The notes under the pieces: model-generated | What the model was told of the DNA's origin: nothing | Databases searched by the model: none | What the model saw: the letters and a program-made list of their open reading frames with translations, nothing else | Made by a program: the position numbers and the translations under genes | In this document: one piece after another, positions 11,979 to 25,535 of the stretch | Position numbering within the stretch: the stretch's first letter is position 1 | Layout of the letters: each line of letters starts with the position of its first letter | Assembly (NCBI GenBank): GCA_951406725.2 | Contig: OX597821.1 | Coordinates: forward strand, 107,136,001-107,200,000 | DNA: 64,000 nucleotides | DNA from: Octopus vulgaris | Lineage: Eukaryota | Direction of reading: 5' to 3'

Positions 11979-12205
11979 CGTTATTATTATTATTATTATT
12001 ATTATTGTTATTATTATTATTATTAATTTTTATTATTATCATTATTATTATTATTGTTATTATTATTATTAATATTATTCAGTAGTTTTTTTTATCATGC
12101 GCGTACATTGCACTACAAAGCGGAGCTCTGTTTGCCTTGGGTAAGTGTTATGGTTTGTTGTGGTGCTCTTATGGTTAGAGTATTGAAAGTGATTTAAGAA
12201 GGATT
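11326..12205 (-). mobile_element. Nested R4/Dong-like LINE remnants and 3' ends within (TAA)n tracts; paralogs at ~21700-22590, 29760-30190, 42450-42985 and 47710-48590
   Basis: Minus-strand GRGFIAVEKFIQ...DRLL-like post-RT motif. An ILLKSLSIL* C-terminus is followed by a 3' UTR running into (AAT)n. A second tail type lies at 11640-11760. Dong-type elements are known to target TAA repeats. Confidence 0.5.
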
Positions 12206-12962
12206 ATTATTGTTGCTGTTTTTTTGTTGCTTGTTATTTAGTTGTTCTTGTGGTTGCTGTTTTTAATTAGTAGAAAATCTAGGTGAAGGAAGAGGACGAG
12301 CAAGAGCAGGTTCAACAGAAGAAAGAATGAAAAACAAAAAAAAGAAGGGTGTAAAGAAATAAGGAAATAATGAAATAAATACATGACCTGAGAAAAAAAA
12401 TAAAACTTCTGGGAAATCCATAAACATCAGTGGAGCATTATTAATTTTATAATGACGTCTTCAAAAAATTTCTGATATTGACATCACTTATTGTTATTGA
12501 ATTATTAGAATATCGTAACATTGTCTGCTAGAAATAAAACCATTACTAGCATTGGCCAATAGCGCATCCATGTGAACAGATTTTTAACTATTCACACAAA
12601 CACTCATCATTTCTTGAATAAGTGAGAACTTGTGTGGCATCCCTATCACCTTTAACAAAGAACTGTTGCAAAGTACCGGGACAAAGAGAAAGTTTGTATG
12701 AATGATGGAATGAGAAAAAAATTAGATGGTGTTAGAATAATAGACCTAGTGGTAATGATGACAGATTTTCCTCCATTTTTTTACCTCTATCTCATGTTCA
12801 CATTTGGGAATCAAAAGATGCAGGACGGATATCAGAAGATTAGATATCACATAAATTTAAAACACCGATGAAATTGGGATAACATATACGACATCTTTTA
12901 TGATGTAATATGTAATATAGAACTGAATAAAAAGTACGAATATATATTATTATATAACTTAC

Positions 12963-13913
12963 CGATTTGTTTAAACGAACTCCAATCCGTATCATTGTGA
13001 TTAGAAGAATCATGTTCACAGAAGCCACAAACGTAAAGGAAAGGTAATAAGTGAGCATCATTTTGTATGAATTATTTATAATTACATACGTAGCAACACA
13101 ACATCCAGTAATACTAACGAGTGCGATAAGTCCCGAAGACAATTGAAATGATGCATTTACTAAATTCAGTAACTTACTCAGAGTATCATGTGAGTTACAT
13201 ATTTCTGGAATCTCTTTATATTTCTTAAAGAAATACGAAGTATTTGAATGCTTTTCTTTCACGTATCTCTCAGCCTCGCTCGCTATTTTATTAAACTCAT
13301 ACTGCAGTGCAGTTCCAATTGCCATATTGATATACCAATCATAGAGTAAGCCCGTATATAATATACTATTAAATAAAGTGAAACTTAATGAACTAATTAA
13401 TTCAAGAGTTTTGATGGTGCTTAAATATTTTGTTGAGGTATTCGAAACATAGTTCATGAGAATCATGAGAACGATGTCAATCAGAGCGAATAAAATTGGT
13501 GGCAGCAATACAACTATAGAAAGTGATATAAAAGAAAATAATAAGTTATTGTTATAGAATTTTTCATCGTCTTCTTCAATTTTAAATTCGGTAAATGCTT
13601 CGAGTAATTCTTTGTCTTTAGATTTTCGGAATAATTTGATCAGACAGTAGAGTGAAATCAAACACAGTAAAAATTGTGCATAAAATTCTAGAAATATTCC
13701 ATCACTTTTGCTATGAAACAATTCTATTATAGTATACATAGATATAATTAGGTTTGTAATCAGAAATACAGGATAGAGGATGTAAAAGGCAGAGATACAG
13801 ATATTTTTACATTTGAGAGATTTCAGTGATATGTTCATAAGTGATACCTTAGAAATATTAATTTTTCCATAAAATTGTAATATTTTGTAGAACCGTGTTT
13901 CTTTTAGTTCCAT
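12963..13913 (-). CDS. Grl/7TMIC-like chemoreceptor TM1-6 exon, copy B (beta type, 317 codons, intact)
   Basis: Six hydrophobic segments, ALQYEFNK after TM4, HDTLSKLLNLVNASF before TM5 and GVRLNKS after TM6. Ends at phase-0 TCG|GTAAGT. Confidence 0.8.
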
Positions 13914-15172
13914 ACTTTTTGTAACAAAATATTTCTCACAACTTCCTTATAGAGAGTTACACACGTTGATATAAAAACAGAGACCTTGATTTTGTTTAAG
14001 ATCTCTATATTAAGGTCAGAGTGTTGCAAAGCTCTGTGTGTTGCGAAAGAACTGGAAATAAGGATATCGGATAAAGCTGTTATATAATGTCTCCCGCTTT
14101 GTTTGTCCGTAGGGATTATTTCAAATCTGTTGCTATGGATTTTAAAATACATGTGAAATTGAATATTACTCGATAAGCTTCTTAAGATATAAATCTTAAA
14201 TGATTTATATTCAATCGAGACTTTTTATAGCTTATAGGAAAATGAATTGCGACAATCTATTATGAATTTATTTGTGATATTACTCTGATGTTCATTTGAC
14301 TTTCGCAAGTATATTAATTACAATATCGATATTTTATTCTTCTCCATTAGTTTGTAATGTATAATGTGTTTGATCCAAATTCATGTGCACTTACTAGTTC
14401 TATTATCTGCGACGTATAAGAAGATTAGTCTTTTATATAAGATTTCTCTCACATGAGATGCCACTTAAATTTATATATATATATATATAATTATATATAT
14501 ATTAAAAAACTGCCATTTTAAAGATGTTTAATCACATGACCGGTTTCACTTTTTTGGAAAAAGATTGTCAAAATTAAAATGTAAAGCTTTGTAAAAGCTT
14601 TGTTGTCACAAAATAATACGATATATATATATATACATTCTTTGATAAAAATAGAAAAAAATATTAAAAACAGTTTACAAGAAAATATCTTCAGAAAATA
14701 TTAAAAAATTCATTAAAGATATTAGAGAAACTGAAGTACAGCTGCAACAGTGTCGTGGGTCGCAGAGTGAGGGAGCACTGTTGAGGGTATCATAACCGAC
14801 TGATCTCCTTGTATTATATTTTTGCATAATCCAGGAATATTTCCGAACACACCTTTATATATATGCACATGGGTTTGTGTGTGTGTATAAACTATTCTAT
14901 TTATGTATGTATATGAGTACAGTATCGTCCGTATTATCCGTAATTATCCATTTGATCAACATCATTAATCCATTCCCTTAGGTGAAAATATATCAGTGGA
15001 TGAATCACAGATGTAGTTTGATCCCTTTTTACTAAGATGAAGACTAATGAAGCTATGTGGATATTTCCGTGTGAACTTGGAATGGAGAAGTACTTGATCT
15101 TTACTTATATATATATATATACACACACGTATATATATATACACACACACACACACACAGACACACACACAC

Positions 15173-15203
<31 letters not shown>

Positions 15204-15746
15204 TATGTATGTATATACGATCGAAAGTCCCCCGTCCTATAGACGGGCATCCGTTGTCAAACATTTATACAAAAGTTTCTCAAAACAACTTGTCCGAACG
15301 TTTCATAGAGAAACACTGATTTAACCTCAATTTGAGACACCAGCAAAAGAAGAAATAAAGATAGACTTATTTGTCTATTCCCCAAAACAGATTTTATTCA
15401 CGAATATATGCAAATGAAGAATTTAAAGTACCAGTAATGGTAAGGTTGTTGACTGGGAGAACACAAACAAGGTTTAAACAGTAAGCTTGGCAGGAAAGAA
15501 ACGTGCCTTTAAGCAGTACAAAAACAACTAAAGAAAAGCAGGACAAAAACGGCTTTATCGATCGCATTCTCACCTAGAGTCGATGTTTGTAATTTTTTCA
15601 AGACTTATATACGCCCTGATACCGTCAGTATCTACATATCACATTTGAGCGCAATCAGATAGGAGGATGCATGAGATCCGAGAAGACACACAGCCAGACA
15701 GGCAGAACGATATATATATACATATATATATATATACATATATATA

Positions 15747-15791
<45 letters not shown>

Positions 15792-16176
15792 CTTATAAGC
15801 AAGGGCTAAAGAAGAGTATTCCAAAGCCAATATACTGATTTTCCACATATAATTCACTTGCTACAGAAAAATTGAACTGAAGTCGGGCAAACTAACCGTT
15901 AGAATATTTAAATTTCGTTATCTCTATATTGAATCAATTTCGGAATTAATCTCATAAAGGATTTATTCTTCATCGGTAGAGCTTACGAGAGAATATAAGT
16001 AAGATACTTCCATGCACCTATAGAAAAAGCCGAAGCAAAGAACATAAGTACATTTAAGTACCTCAGTTATATCTAAAAATTAAAATTCTTTGGTTAGCCT
16101 CAGAACGACGTTCGCCGCTACAGATTGTAATGGTTACCAGTCCCTATAGCAAGCAGTAATAAGTCTACTAGTAATA

Positions 16177-17661
16177 CTCCAGGTCCAGTGTATTTATTAG
16201 GTATCGCATTTAGTTTTGCATGCTGATAGTATAAAGCTTGAAACTTTTCAGCATTGAACTGCATGCTATTCTTTCAAGCCCATTTTTATATTTTGTCCAG
16301 CTCACATTGCAGGTGCTTAGTGTCTTCAGGGTTCTGTATTGCCTGTGAAACTTTTGTATCATCTGCATAACTTGTGATCGTGTCTCTCTGCGTGGCTGAG
16401 GGCATGTCTGAGAGGGCCATTATGAACAGTAGTGGTCCGAGAACAGTGCCTTGCGGAACACCGCTCACTATTTGCGCGTTAATGGAAGTGGCCCCATTGG
16501 CTACTACCACCTGACTTCTATCCTTCAGAAAGTCATGAAGCCATTCTCCCAATTTTCCAACTATGCCAAAATCACGCAGTTTGTGACATATCATTCCATG
16601 ATCGACTTTATCAAAGGCCTTTGCAAAGTAGAGATATATCACTTCCACATTTGAGGGGTTGAGCAGTCGTTTCAGCACCCAGTCATAGTGTTGTAGGAGC
16701 TGAGTTAAGCAGTTTCTTTCTGGTCGGAAACTATGTTGGGTGTCAGGCAGCAAGTCATTTTCTTCAAGGAAGGTGATTAGTTTCCTTCTGACTATTCGTT
16801 CCATAACCTTGCTGATGTGTGAGGTCAGAGAGATAGGTTTGTAGTTCTTGGCCTCCGCTCTGCTACCTCCTTTATGAATAGGGCATATTTTACCTTCCTT
16901 CATTTTTCTTGGAAGTTCGCCAGTTGCAAGGAAGCTCTGAAAGAGGAACTGCAGTCGTCTTGCTAGGAATCTCTTACATACTTTTAGAAGGATTGCTGGG
17001 AATCCATCGGGGCAGTAGCTGAGTTTGTTTTCATTTCATCAATAGCCTTTATTACATCATCTTCCTTTATATTGATGTAATCAATCATCGTTGCCTCTGA
17101 TTTTATTTCTGCAGTGATAAAGAAGTCAGTTGGATTGCTGACTTGAAAATGCAGTAAGGGTGGAGTGAAAATAATCTTGAATTGCTCATTTAGTATTTCA
17201 ATTATCTGCATTGGATTTCCTGTGAGTGTGCCATCCTTTTCAAGGAGTGGCCCTATCTTACAGTGCATCGTAGATGTTTATTTGGCATACCTGTAGAAAG
17301 CTCTGGGGTTAGATTTTATTTTGTCTATAGCCCATGCTTCTTTGTCTACTCCTTCTTTTTCATGGGAGAGTTTCATACATTTTTCAATTTCCAACAGTTT
17401 TATTTTCAGGCGGGACTTTTCACTGCTTTCAATTTGTTTGTTTAGGCGATTTGAAACTTTTCTACGGCGTCTCATTAGAATTTTCTTCTATCTGGGGATT
17501 TTGCTCTTGTGTCCATGGTCTTTCTCTCTTGGACACATTTGTAGCATATGGCTTGCATTACAGACATTCAGGCCAGTTTTGTTTGAGGATCTCTTTCTCA
17601 ATTTGTTTCCAGTTTTCCTTATGGAAGTTCAAGCTGGAAGGATTCTGAGAGTTTCTTGTAC
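16177..17661 (-). mobile_element. Duplicate of the CR1-group LINE fragment at 4443-5927
   Basis: Near-identical 205-aa RT ORF (16286-16903) and the same boundaries. Confidence 0.9.
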
Positions 17662-17663
17662 GA

Positions 17664-17696
<33 letters not shown>

Positions 17697-17725
17697 GATA
17701 TGTATATATATATATATACACACAC

Positions 17726-17772
<47 letters not shown>

Positions 17773-18244
17773 GTTTATTTTATGTGTCTGAGTGTTTGTG
17801 TGCGTAAACATGTGTTTGTATTTCTATATGCGGTGGGGGGGGGTTGCTAAAAATATCCTCGCTTTAAGGGTATCACGAAAAGCCTTGTTCGAGCCCCGAA
17901 TTTTCGTATCCCTTTAATTGGCTTAGAGAGACTGAAGCTCCGATGCAACAGGTGCCTGAGTTGCAGCGTGATTGGGGCAAATTATGTGCGGGAAAATCAT
18001 GACCGACTGATCCTATTGTATTTTCTATCGTCGAAACCAGGAACATTTATATTTGATACAATCATATTTGTGTGAGTGTGTATGTGGGTGTGCGTGTGCG
18101 TATATGTATCATCTTTATGTATGTATGTTTCTGTAAACAATTCTACACACGAACATTACACACAGATAAACACAGGCACACACTAACACGCATATACACA
18201 TAGTTATCTATATGTACATATGTATATTTTATTATGTAAACATG

Positions 18245-18330
<86 letters not shown>

Positions 18331-18343
18331 TGTGTGTGTATTC

Positions 18344-18394
<51 letters not shown>

Positions 18395-19183
18395 TAGATA
18401 TATATGTGCGTATGTATGTATATAACAATAATAATAACGATACGATGGAAACAGGCCCAACTTATGGGTTTTAAGAACCCTGTAATCTTGGCTTCCAAAC
18501 TTAGTACGAATAGTGTCTCGATAAAAAGACCGGTTGGTGGCTAACATTGAAATACAAAAACTCAATGTTGGGGAAATGTGTCTAAAGAAATGTATCAAAT
18601 AATGATATTAATAAGACTTTAACAAATTGTAACGCCTTTCGCTAAAATGTGCAATGTGCTTGCGCAGTGTACGTCCATTCGTCATGCAGAAATTGCATCT
18701 ACACAAAACCAGACAATGAGAAGAATCAGGAAAGAAATATGTAGCTGAAAAGAATAGATAACAACTTCGGGAACATCGCAGGTAACAAGCACGCAACGCA
18801 TGCAAGACTCCAGGAGGTCCATCAAAACTCTGTTAAAGAGATTCAATGGCATGCGTTTCAACAAATTTACATGACTATAATATCAGAGACAGTATCATAG
18901 CGATGTGAACAGTTTCGGTCGTATCGTCCGTGATCATCCGGTTCTTCAACATCATTAATCAAATTCATCGGATGATACAGCATCAGTGGATGAATTGCAG
19001 CGTGATGTTTATGCATTTTACCCAAGTCGAAGTCCAACGTAGCTGCATGGATATTTCAATGTGTACTTGGAATGGCGAAGTACATAATATCTAGTATTGT
19101 GTTATATATATATATATATATACATACATACATATATCTATATATACATATATATATATACATATACGTACATACATACATAT

Positions 19184-19255
<72 letters not shown>

Positions 19256-19267
19256 TTATATAGACAA

Positions 19268-19340
<73 letters not shown>

Positions 19341-19343
<3 letters not shown>

Positions 19344-20712
19344 GGGTTCCGTATGGAACCCATGGGTTCCAACATGGGTTCCGTAATGGAAGGGACTGCC
19401 TAACGCAGCTCCTGCATCACTTTGATGACATTTTGAGAGCTTTGGGAGAGGGCTCCAACACCGATGTCATCTACCTTGATTTCAGTAAGGCCTTCGACAG
19501 GGTCGATCACAAGATCCTTTTGAAAAAACTATCCAACATTGGTGTCTCTGGAAAGTTACTGAAATGGATCAAATGTTTCCTGACAGACAGATCTCAACAT
19601 GTTGTAGTTGAAGGGGTAAAATCAAGCCCAGCCAAAGTCAGTAGTGGCGTTCCGCAAGGCACTGTGCTGGGCCCACTTCTTTTCATCATCTACATTAATG
19701 ACATCAATGACATCATCAAGCACAGCAACATAAAAATCTTTGCAGATGATTCCAAGCTACAGAAGGTCATAAATGAGGCGAGTGACCGGACATGCCTTCA
19801 GTCAGATCTACTGGCTGTTATCCAATGGGCAGAAAAAAAAAATATGCTGCTGAACGAGGATAAATTTGAGTTAATCCACTTTGGAAAAGAGGATGCCCTG
19901 AAACTCCCATACTCCCTTCCTTCAGGTGAAACTCTCGCGGCGACCATGAACATCAGAGACTTGGGAGTAATTGTGGACAACAACATAAGCTGGGCCACTC
20001 ATATAAACACCAAAGTTGACATGGCCCGCAGAATGTGTTCCTGGATTCTCAGAACTTTCCAGACGAGAGATATCCACACCATTATCCTTTTCTTCTCCAC
20101 TTTTGCCCGGCCCCACCTTGAATACTGTTGTCCACTGTGGTCTCCCCACACAATACAAAGTATTATAAAAGTTGTAGCACCTCAAAGGGCAATCACAAGA
20201 AATATAGATGGCATGACAGGCCTCGACTATTTGGGTCGACTAGAAAAGCTAAAACTTTATTCTCTCCAACGTCGTCGTGAGCGCTACATCATCTGCATGA
20301 TGTGGAAAATATTCCATCAGCATTGCCCAAATGATGTTGGCATCACCTTTAAGGTACATCCAAGGCTTGGGCCCCGTGCCATCCGCCCAAAACAAAAATC
20401 GCACTCTCATCTCATAACAACAATACGGCACAATTATTTCACCTCAATTGGCCCCGCTCTCTTTAACATTACACCAAAACACATTAAAACAGAAACTGAC
20501 CCTATAGGGTTCAAGAGGTCTTTGGACAGATTCCTTCAAGAAATCCCGGATAAACCCCCTACACCCGGATATGACTCTGTAAACAATAACTCTCTACTTG
20601 AGTGGGCCATAGTGCCCAAATTCTGACTTGAAAGACTTCACCAGGTGGTGCTATTAAGTTAGACATGGCCTGGGCCAATAATGGCCGAAACCTATCAAAG
20701 TATCAAAGTATC

Positions 20713-20716
<4 letters not shown>
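19341..20716 (+). mobile_element. 5'-truncated CR1-group LINE with an open RT C-terminal half and a (GTATCAAA)n tail, inserted in (TA)n
   Basis: [60 protein letters not shown]; stop at 20626; tail ctatcaaagtatcaaagtatcaagg. Confidence 0.93.
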
Positions 20717-20747
<31 letters not shown>

Positions 20748-20750
<3 letters not shown>

Positions 20751-20762
20751 TAAATAGATAGG

Positions 20763-20798
<36 letters not shown>

Positions 20799-20805
20799 AA
20801 GAAAT

Positions 20806-20904
<99 letters not shown>

Positions 20905-20905
20905 C
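20748..20905. repeat. (GATA)n microsatellite
   Basis: Read directly from the sequence. Confidence 0.97.
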
Positions 20906-21235
20906 TTAGATGGGCAGGTAGATAGATAGACGATATAGATATAGGCGGCGAGCTGGCAGAAACGTTTGCACGCCGGGCGAAATGCTTAGGGGTATTTCGT
21001 CTGCGTTACGTTGTGAGTTCAAATTCCGCCGAGGTCGACTTTGCATTTCATCCTTTCGGGGTCAATAAATTAAGTACCAGTTACGCAATGGGGTCGATAT
21101 AACCGACTTAAAACCTATGTCTTTCCTTGTTTGTCCCCTCTGTGTTTAGCCCCTTGTGGGTAATAAAGAAATAGAAATAGATACAGATAGATGGATATAT
21201 ATATAGATACAGATATACATATAGTGTATGTATGC

Positions 21236-21290
<55 letters not shown>

Positions 21291-21968
21291 GTAATTGTGT
21301 ATCAATCCTGTCCTCACTCGTACTAAGGATTAACCTACCATATACTATTTTAAAGTTGTCATTTACTTAGCGTACCAAAGAGATACACAAGCAAAATATT
21401 ACACATTTAACCATATTCAACGTTTCCTTTTTCTTCTCTAGGCTCTTCCTTTTTATTTTTTCTCCATCTGATGAAGCTCCATGTTTCAGATAGATATTTT
21501 TAGCATGTCAATGGCAATAAAAATTGAAGTAGAAACAGCTCTTAGATGGGATGCAGTCTATTTGTATTGAATTAAATAATAATAGTTGATGTCATTCAAT
21601 TCTTTTTCCTCAATATTTCTCCATTTTCTGTCATATATATGAGTATAAATATAAATATATATATTTGTATGTATGTATGTATGTATGTACTCTAGTAATC
21701 TATCAGTAGTGCTCTGTAAGTACTGAAATTTTCTGTATAAATTTTTCTACTGCTGTGAAGCCCCTCCCAACGTCATCTGTCCCCATTTACAAACGGTTAA
21801 CATCAGCGATCAGTTGTTGAGCGCCATACTGTTATTATTTTTGCTATAAATTTTATTACTATTTTTACTATTATCGTCATCATTATTGTTATTATTATTA
21901 TTGTTGTTATTATAATTATTATTATTATTGTTATTATTATTATAATTATTATTATTATTGTTGTTATG

Positions 21969-22027
<59 letters not shown>

Positions 22028-22327
22028 GATAATCATTATTATTAATATAATTATTTTTATCTTTTTTTCCTCTTCTTTCAAATTTGCTTCTATTTCTTGC
22101 CGGGTGTCTTCCCGACTCCTAGAGCAAAGAAACTCATTGTATACATTGGTAGGCCATTAAATTAAACTCACTAGTTCGTTCATTTACAGCCGGTTGACAT
22201 CAGCGATCGGTTGTTGGGCTCCATACTGTCATTATTTTTGCTATAAATTTTGTTACTATTTTTATTATTATCATCATCATTATTATTATTATTATTGTTG
22301 TTGTTATTATTATTATTATCATTATTA

Positions 22328-22416
<89 letters not shown>

Positions 22417-23344
22417 TTTATCATTATTATTATTATTGTTATTATTATTATTAATATTATTCAGTAGTTTTTTTTTATCATGCGCGTACATTGCACTACA
22501 AAGCGGAGCTCTGTTTGACTTGGGTAAGCGTTATGGTTTGTTGTGGTGCTCTTATGGTTAGTGTATTGAAAGTGAATTAAGAAGGATTATTATTGTTGCT
22601 GTTTTTGTTGTTTTTTATTTAGCTTTTCTTGTGGTTGCTGTTTTTAATTAGTAGAAAAACTAGGTGAAAGAAGAGGACGAGCAAAAGCAGGTCCAAAAGA
22701 AGAAAGAAGGAAAAACAAATAAAAGAAGGGTGTAAAGAAATAAGGAAATAATGAAATAAATACATGACCTAAGAAAAAAAATAAAACTTCTGGGAAATCC
22801 AAAAACATCACTGGAGCATTATTAATTTATATTGACGTCTTCAAAAAATTTCTGTTGTTGACATCACTTATTGTTATTGAATTATTAGAAGGTCGTAACA
22901 TTGTCTGCTAGAAATAAAACCATTACTAACATTGGCCAATAGCGCGTCCATGTGAACAGATTTTTAACTATTCACGCAAACCCTCATCATTTCTTGAATA
23001 AGCGAGATCTTGTGTGGCATCCCTAACACCTTTAACAAAGAACTGTTGCAAAGTCCGGAGACAAAGAGAAAGTTTGAATAAATGATGGAATGAGAAAACA
23101 ATTAGTTGGTGGTAGAAATAATAGATCTAGTGGTAATGATGGCAGATTTTTGTCCATTTTTTTTACCTCTATCTCATGTTCACATTTGGGAATCAAAAGA
23201 TGCAGGACGGATATCAGAAGATAAGATATCACTTAAATTTAAAACACCGAGGAAATTGGGATAACATATACGACATCTTTTATGATGTAATATGTAAAAT
23301 AGAATTGAAGAAAAAGTACGATTATATATTATTATATAACTTAC

Positions 23345-24283
23345 CGATTTGTTTAAACGAACTCCAATCTGCATCGTTGTGATCAGAAGAATCACGTTCA
23401 AAGAAGCCACAAACATAATGGAAACGTAATAAGTGAGTATAATTTTGTATGAATTATTTATAATTATATACGTAGCAACACAACATGCAGTAATACTAAC
23501 GAGTACGATGAGTCCCGAAGTCAGTTCAAATGATTCATTTACTAAATTCAGTGTTTTACTCAGAGTATTATGTGAGTTACATATTTCTGGAATCTCTTTA
23601 TATTTCTTAAAGAAATACGAAGTATTTGAATGCTTTACTTTTACGTATTTCTCAGCCTCTCTCGCTAATTTATTAAACTCATACTGCAGTGCAGTTCCAA
23701 TTGCCATATTGATATACCAATGATAGAGTATGCACGTAAATAATATACAATCAAATAAAGTGCAAATTAATGAAATAGTAAATTCAAGAGCTTCGATGCT
23801 GCTTAAATATTTTGTTGAGTAATTCCAAATAAAGTTCATGAAAACGATGTTCATCAGAGCGAGTAAAATTGGTGGCAGCAATACAACTATAGAAATTGAT
23901 ATAAAAGAAAATATTATGTTATTGTTATAGAATTTTTCATCGTCTTTTTCAATTTTAAGTTCGGTAAATGCTTCGAGTATTTCTTTGTCTTTAGATTTTC
24001 GGAAGAATTTGATCAGACAGTAGAGAGAAGGCAAACACTTAAAAAATAGCGTATAAATAAATATAAATCTTTCATGAGATTTATGACGCAATCCTATTAT
24101 AGCATACATAGTTATAGTGGGGTTTGTAATCAGATATACAGGATACAGGATGTAAAACGCAGAGATAAAGATATGTTTACATTTGAGAGATTTCAGTGAT
24201 ATGTTCATAAGTGATATCTGAGAAATATTAATTTTCCCATAAAATTGTAGTAATTTATAGAATCGTGTTTCTTTTAGTTCCAT
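23345..24283 (-). CDS. Grl/7TMIC-like TM1-6 exon, copy C (alpha type, 313 codons, intact)
   Basis: MELKETRFY ATG at 24283, open to TCG|GTAAGT at 23345. Same six-TM pattern. Confidence 0.8.
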
Positions 24284-25246
24284 ACTTTTTGTAATAAAAT
24301 ATTTCTCACAACTTCTATATAGAGAGTTAAATACGTTGACATAAAATACAGAGTTCTTGTTTTTGTTTAAGATTTCTATATTAAGGTGAGAGTGTTGCAA
24401 AGCTCTGTGTGTTACGAAAGAATTGGAAATAAAGTTATCGGATAAAGCTGTTATATAATATCTCCCGATTTGTTTGTCCGTAGGGATTATTTCAAATCTG
24501 TTGCTATGGATTTTAAAATACATGTGAAATTGAATATTACTCGATAAGCTTCTTAAGATATTTATCTAAAATGATTTATATTCAATCAACACATTTTAAA
24601 GCTTATAGGAAAATGAATTCCAACAATCTATTATGAATTTATGTGTGATATTACTTTATGTTCATTCGACTTTCGCAAGTATATTGATTACAATATCGAT
24701 ATTTTATTCTTCTCCATTAGTTTGCTTTGTATGAAGCGTTGGTTCTAAATTGATGTGAATTGATTAGTACTATTATCTGCGACGTATGAGAAGATTTGTC
24801 TTTTATAAAAGATTTCTCTTACATATAAGATGTCACTTAAATATATAAATATATGAAAAGAAAATGTTTGATAATGTAATTTTAATAATGTTTAATCACT
24901 TGACCGGTTTCACTTTTTAGATAAATTTTGTCAAAATTAAAATATAAAGATTTGTAAAAGCCTTGTTGTGTTAAATACTGGTTGTCAGAAAATATCGCAA
25001 TATATATATATACTTTCTTTGATAAAAATTTTAAAAATATTAAAAACAGTTCATAATGAAATATCTTGAGAAAATATTAAAAAGTTCATTAAAGATATTA
25101 GAAAAACTAAAGCCCAACTTCAATAGTTTCGTGAGTCGCAGAATGAGGGAGCTGTGCTGAGGGAATCATAACTGACTGATATCCTTGTATTATATTTTTG
25201 CCTACTCCAGGACCATTTCCAAACACACCCTTATATATATGCGTGT

Positions 25247-25284
<38 letters not shown>

Positions 25285-25497
25285 ACTGTTATATTTATGT
25301 TTGTGTATGAGTACAGTATAGTCCGTATTATCCGTAATTATCCATTTTATCAACATCATAAATCCATTCCATTAGGTGAAAATATATCAGTGGATGAATC
25401 ACAGATGTAGCTTTATCCCTTTTTACCAAGATGAAGACTAATGAAGCTATGTGGATACTTCCGTGTGTACTTGGAATGGAGAAGTACTTGTGCTTTA

Positions 25498-25535
<38 letters not shown>

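Noticed and set aside
12585-12700. Conserved pyrimidine tract + CAG (tttgcaacag) ~300 nt downstream of the donor as exon 2
   Set aside because: The phase-0 product (FFVKGDRDATQVLTYSRNDECLCE*) is short, hydrophilic and not Grl-like. The site is absent downstream of gamma copies.
12840-12962. Read-through C-terminus VSYIIIY.RTF.S.L.YILHHKRCRI... as a genuine seventh helix of intronless genes
   Set aside because: It begins exactly at a perfect GTAAGT donor, leaves no IL3 loop, lacks the TM7 motif, and ends in different frames or stops among copies. Disfavoured but not excluded, because ~40 codons stay open in the intact copies.
24284-24523. 80-aa N-terminal extension of copy C (ORF 23180-24523)
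   Set aside because: The homologous region is out of frame or interrupted in B, I and the other copies. MELKE is the shared start.
25340-25410. PLGENISVDESQM as a piggyBac transposase motif
   Set aside because: Only a short resemblance. No downstream piggyBac motifs, TTAA target sites or TIRs were seen.
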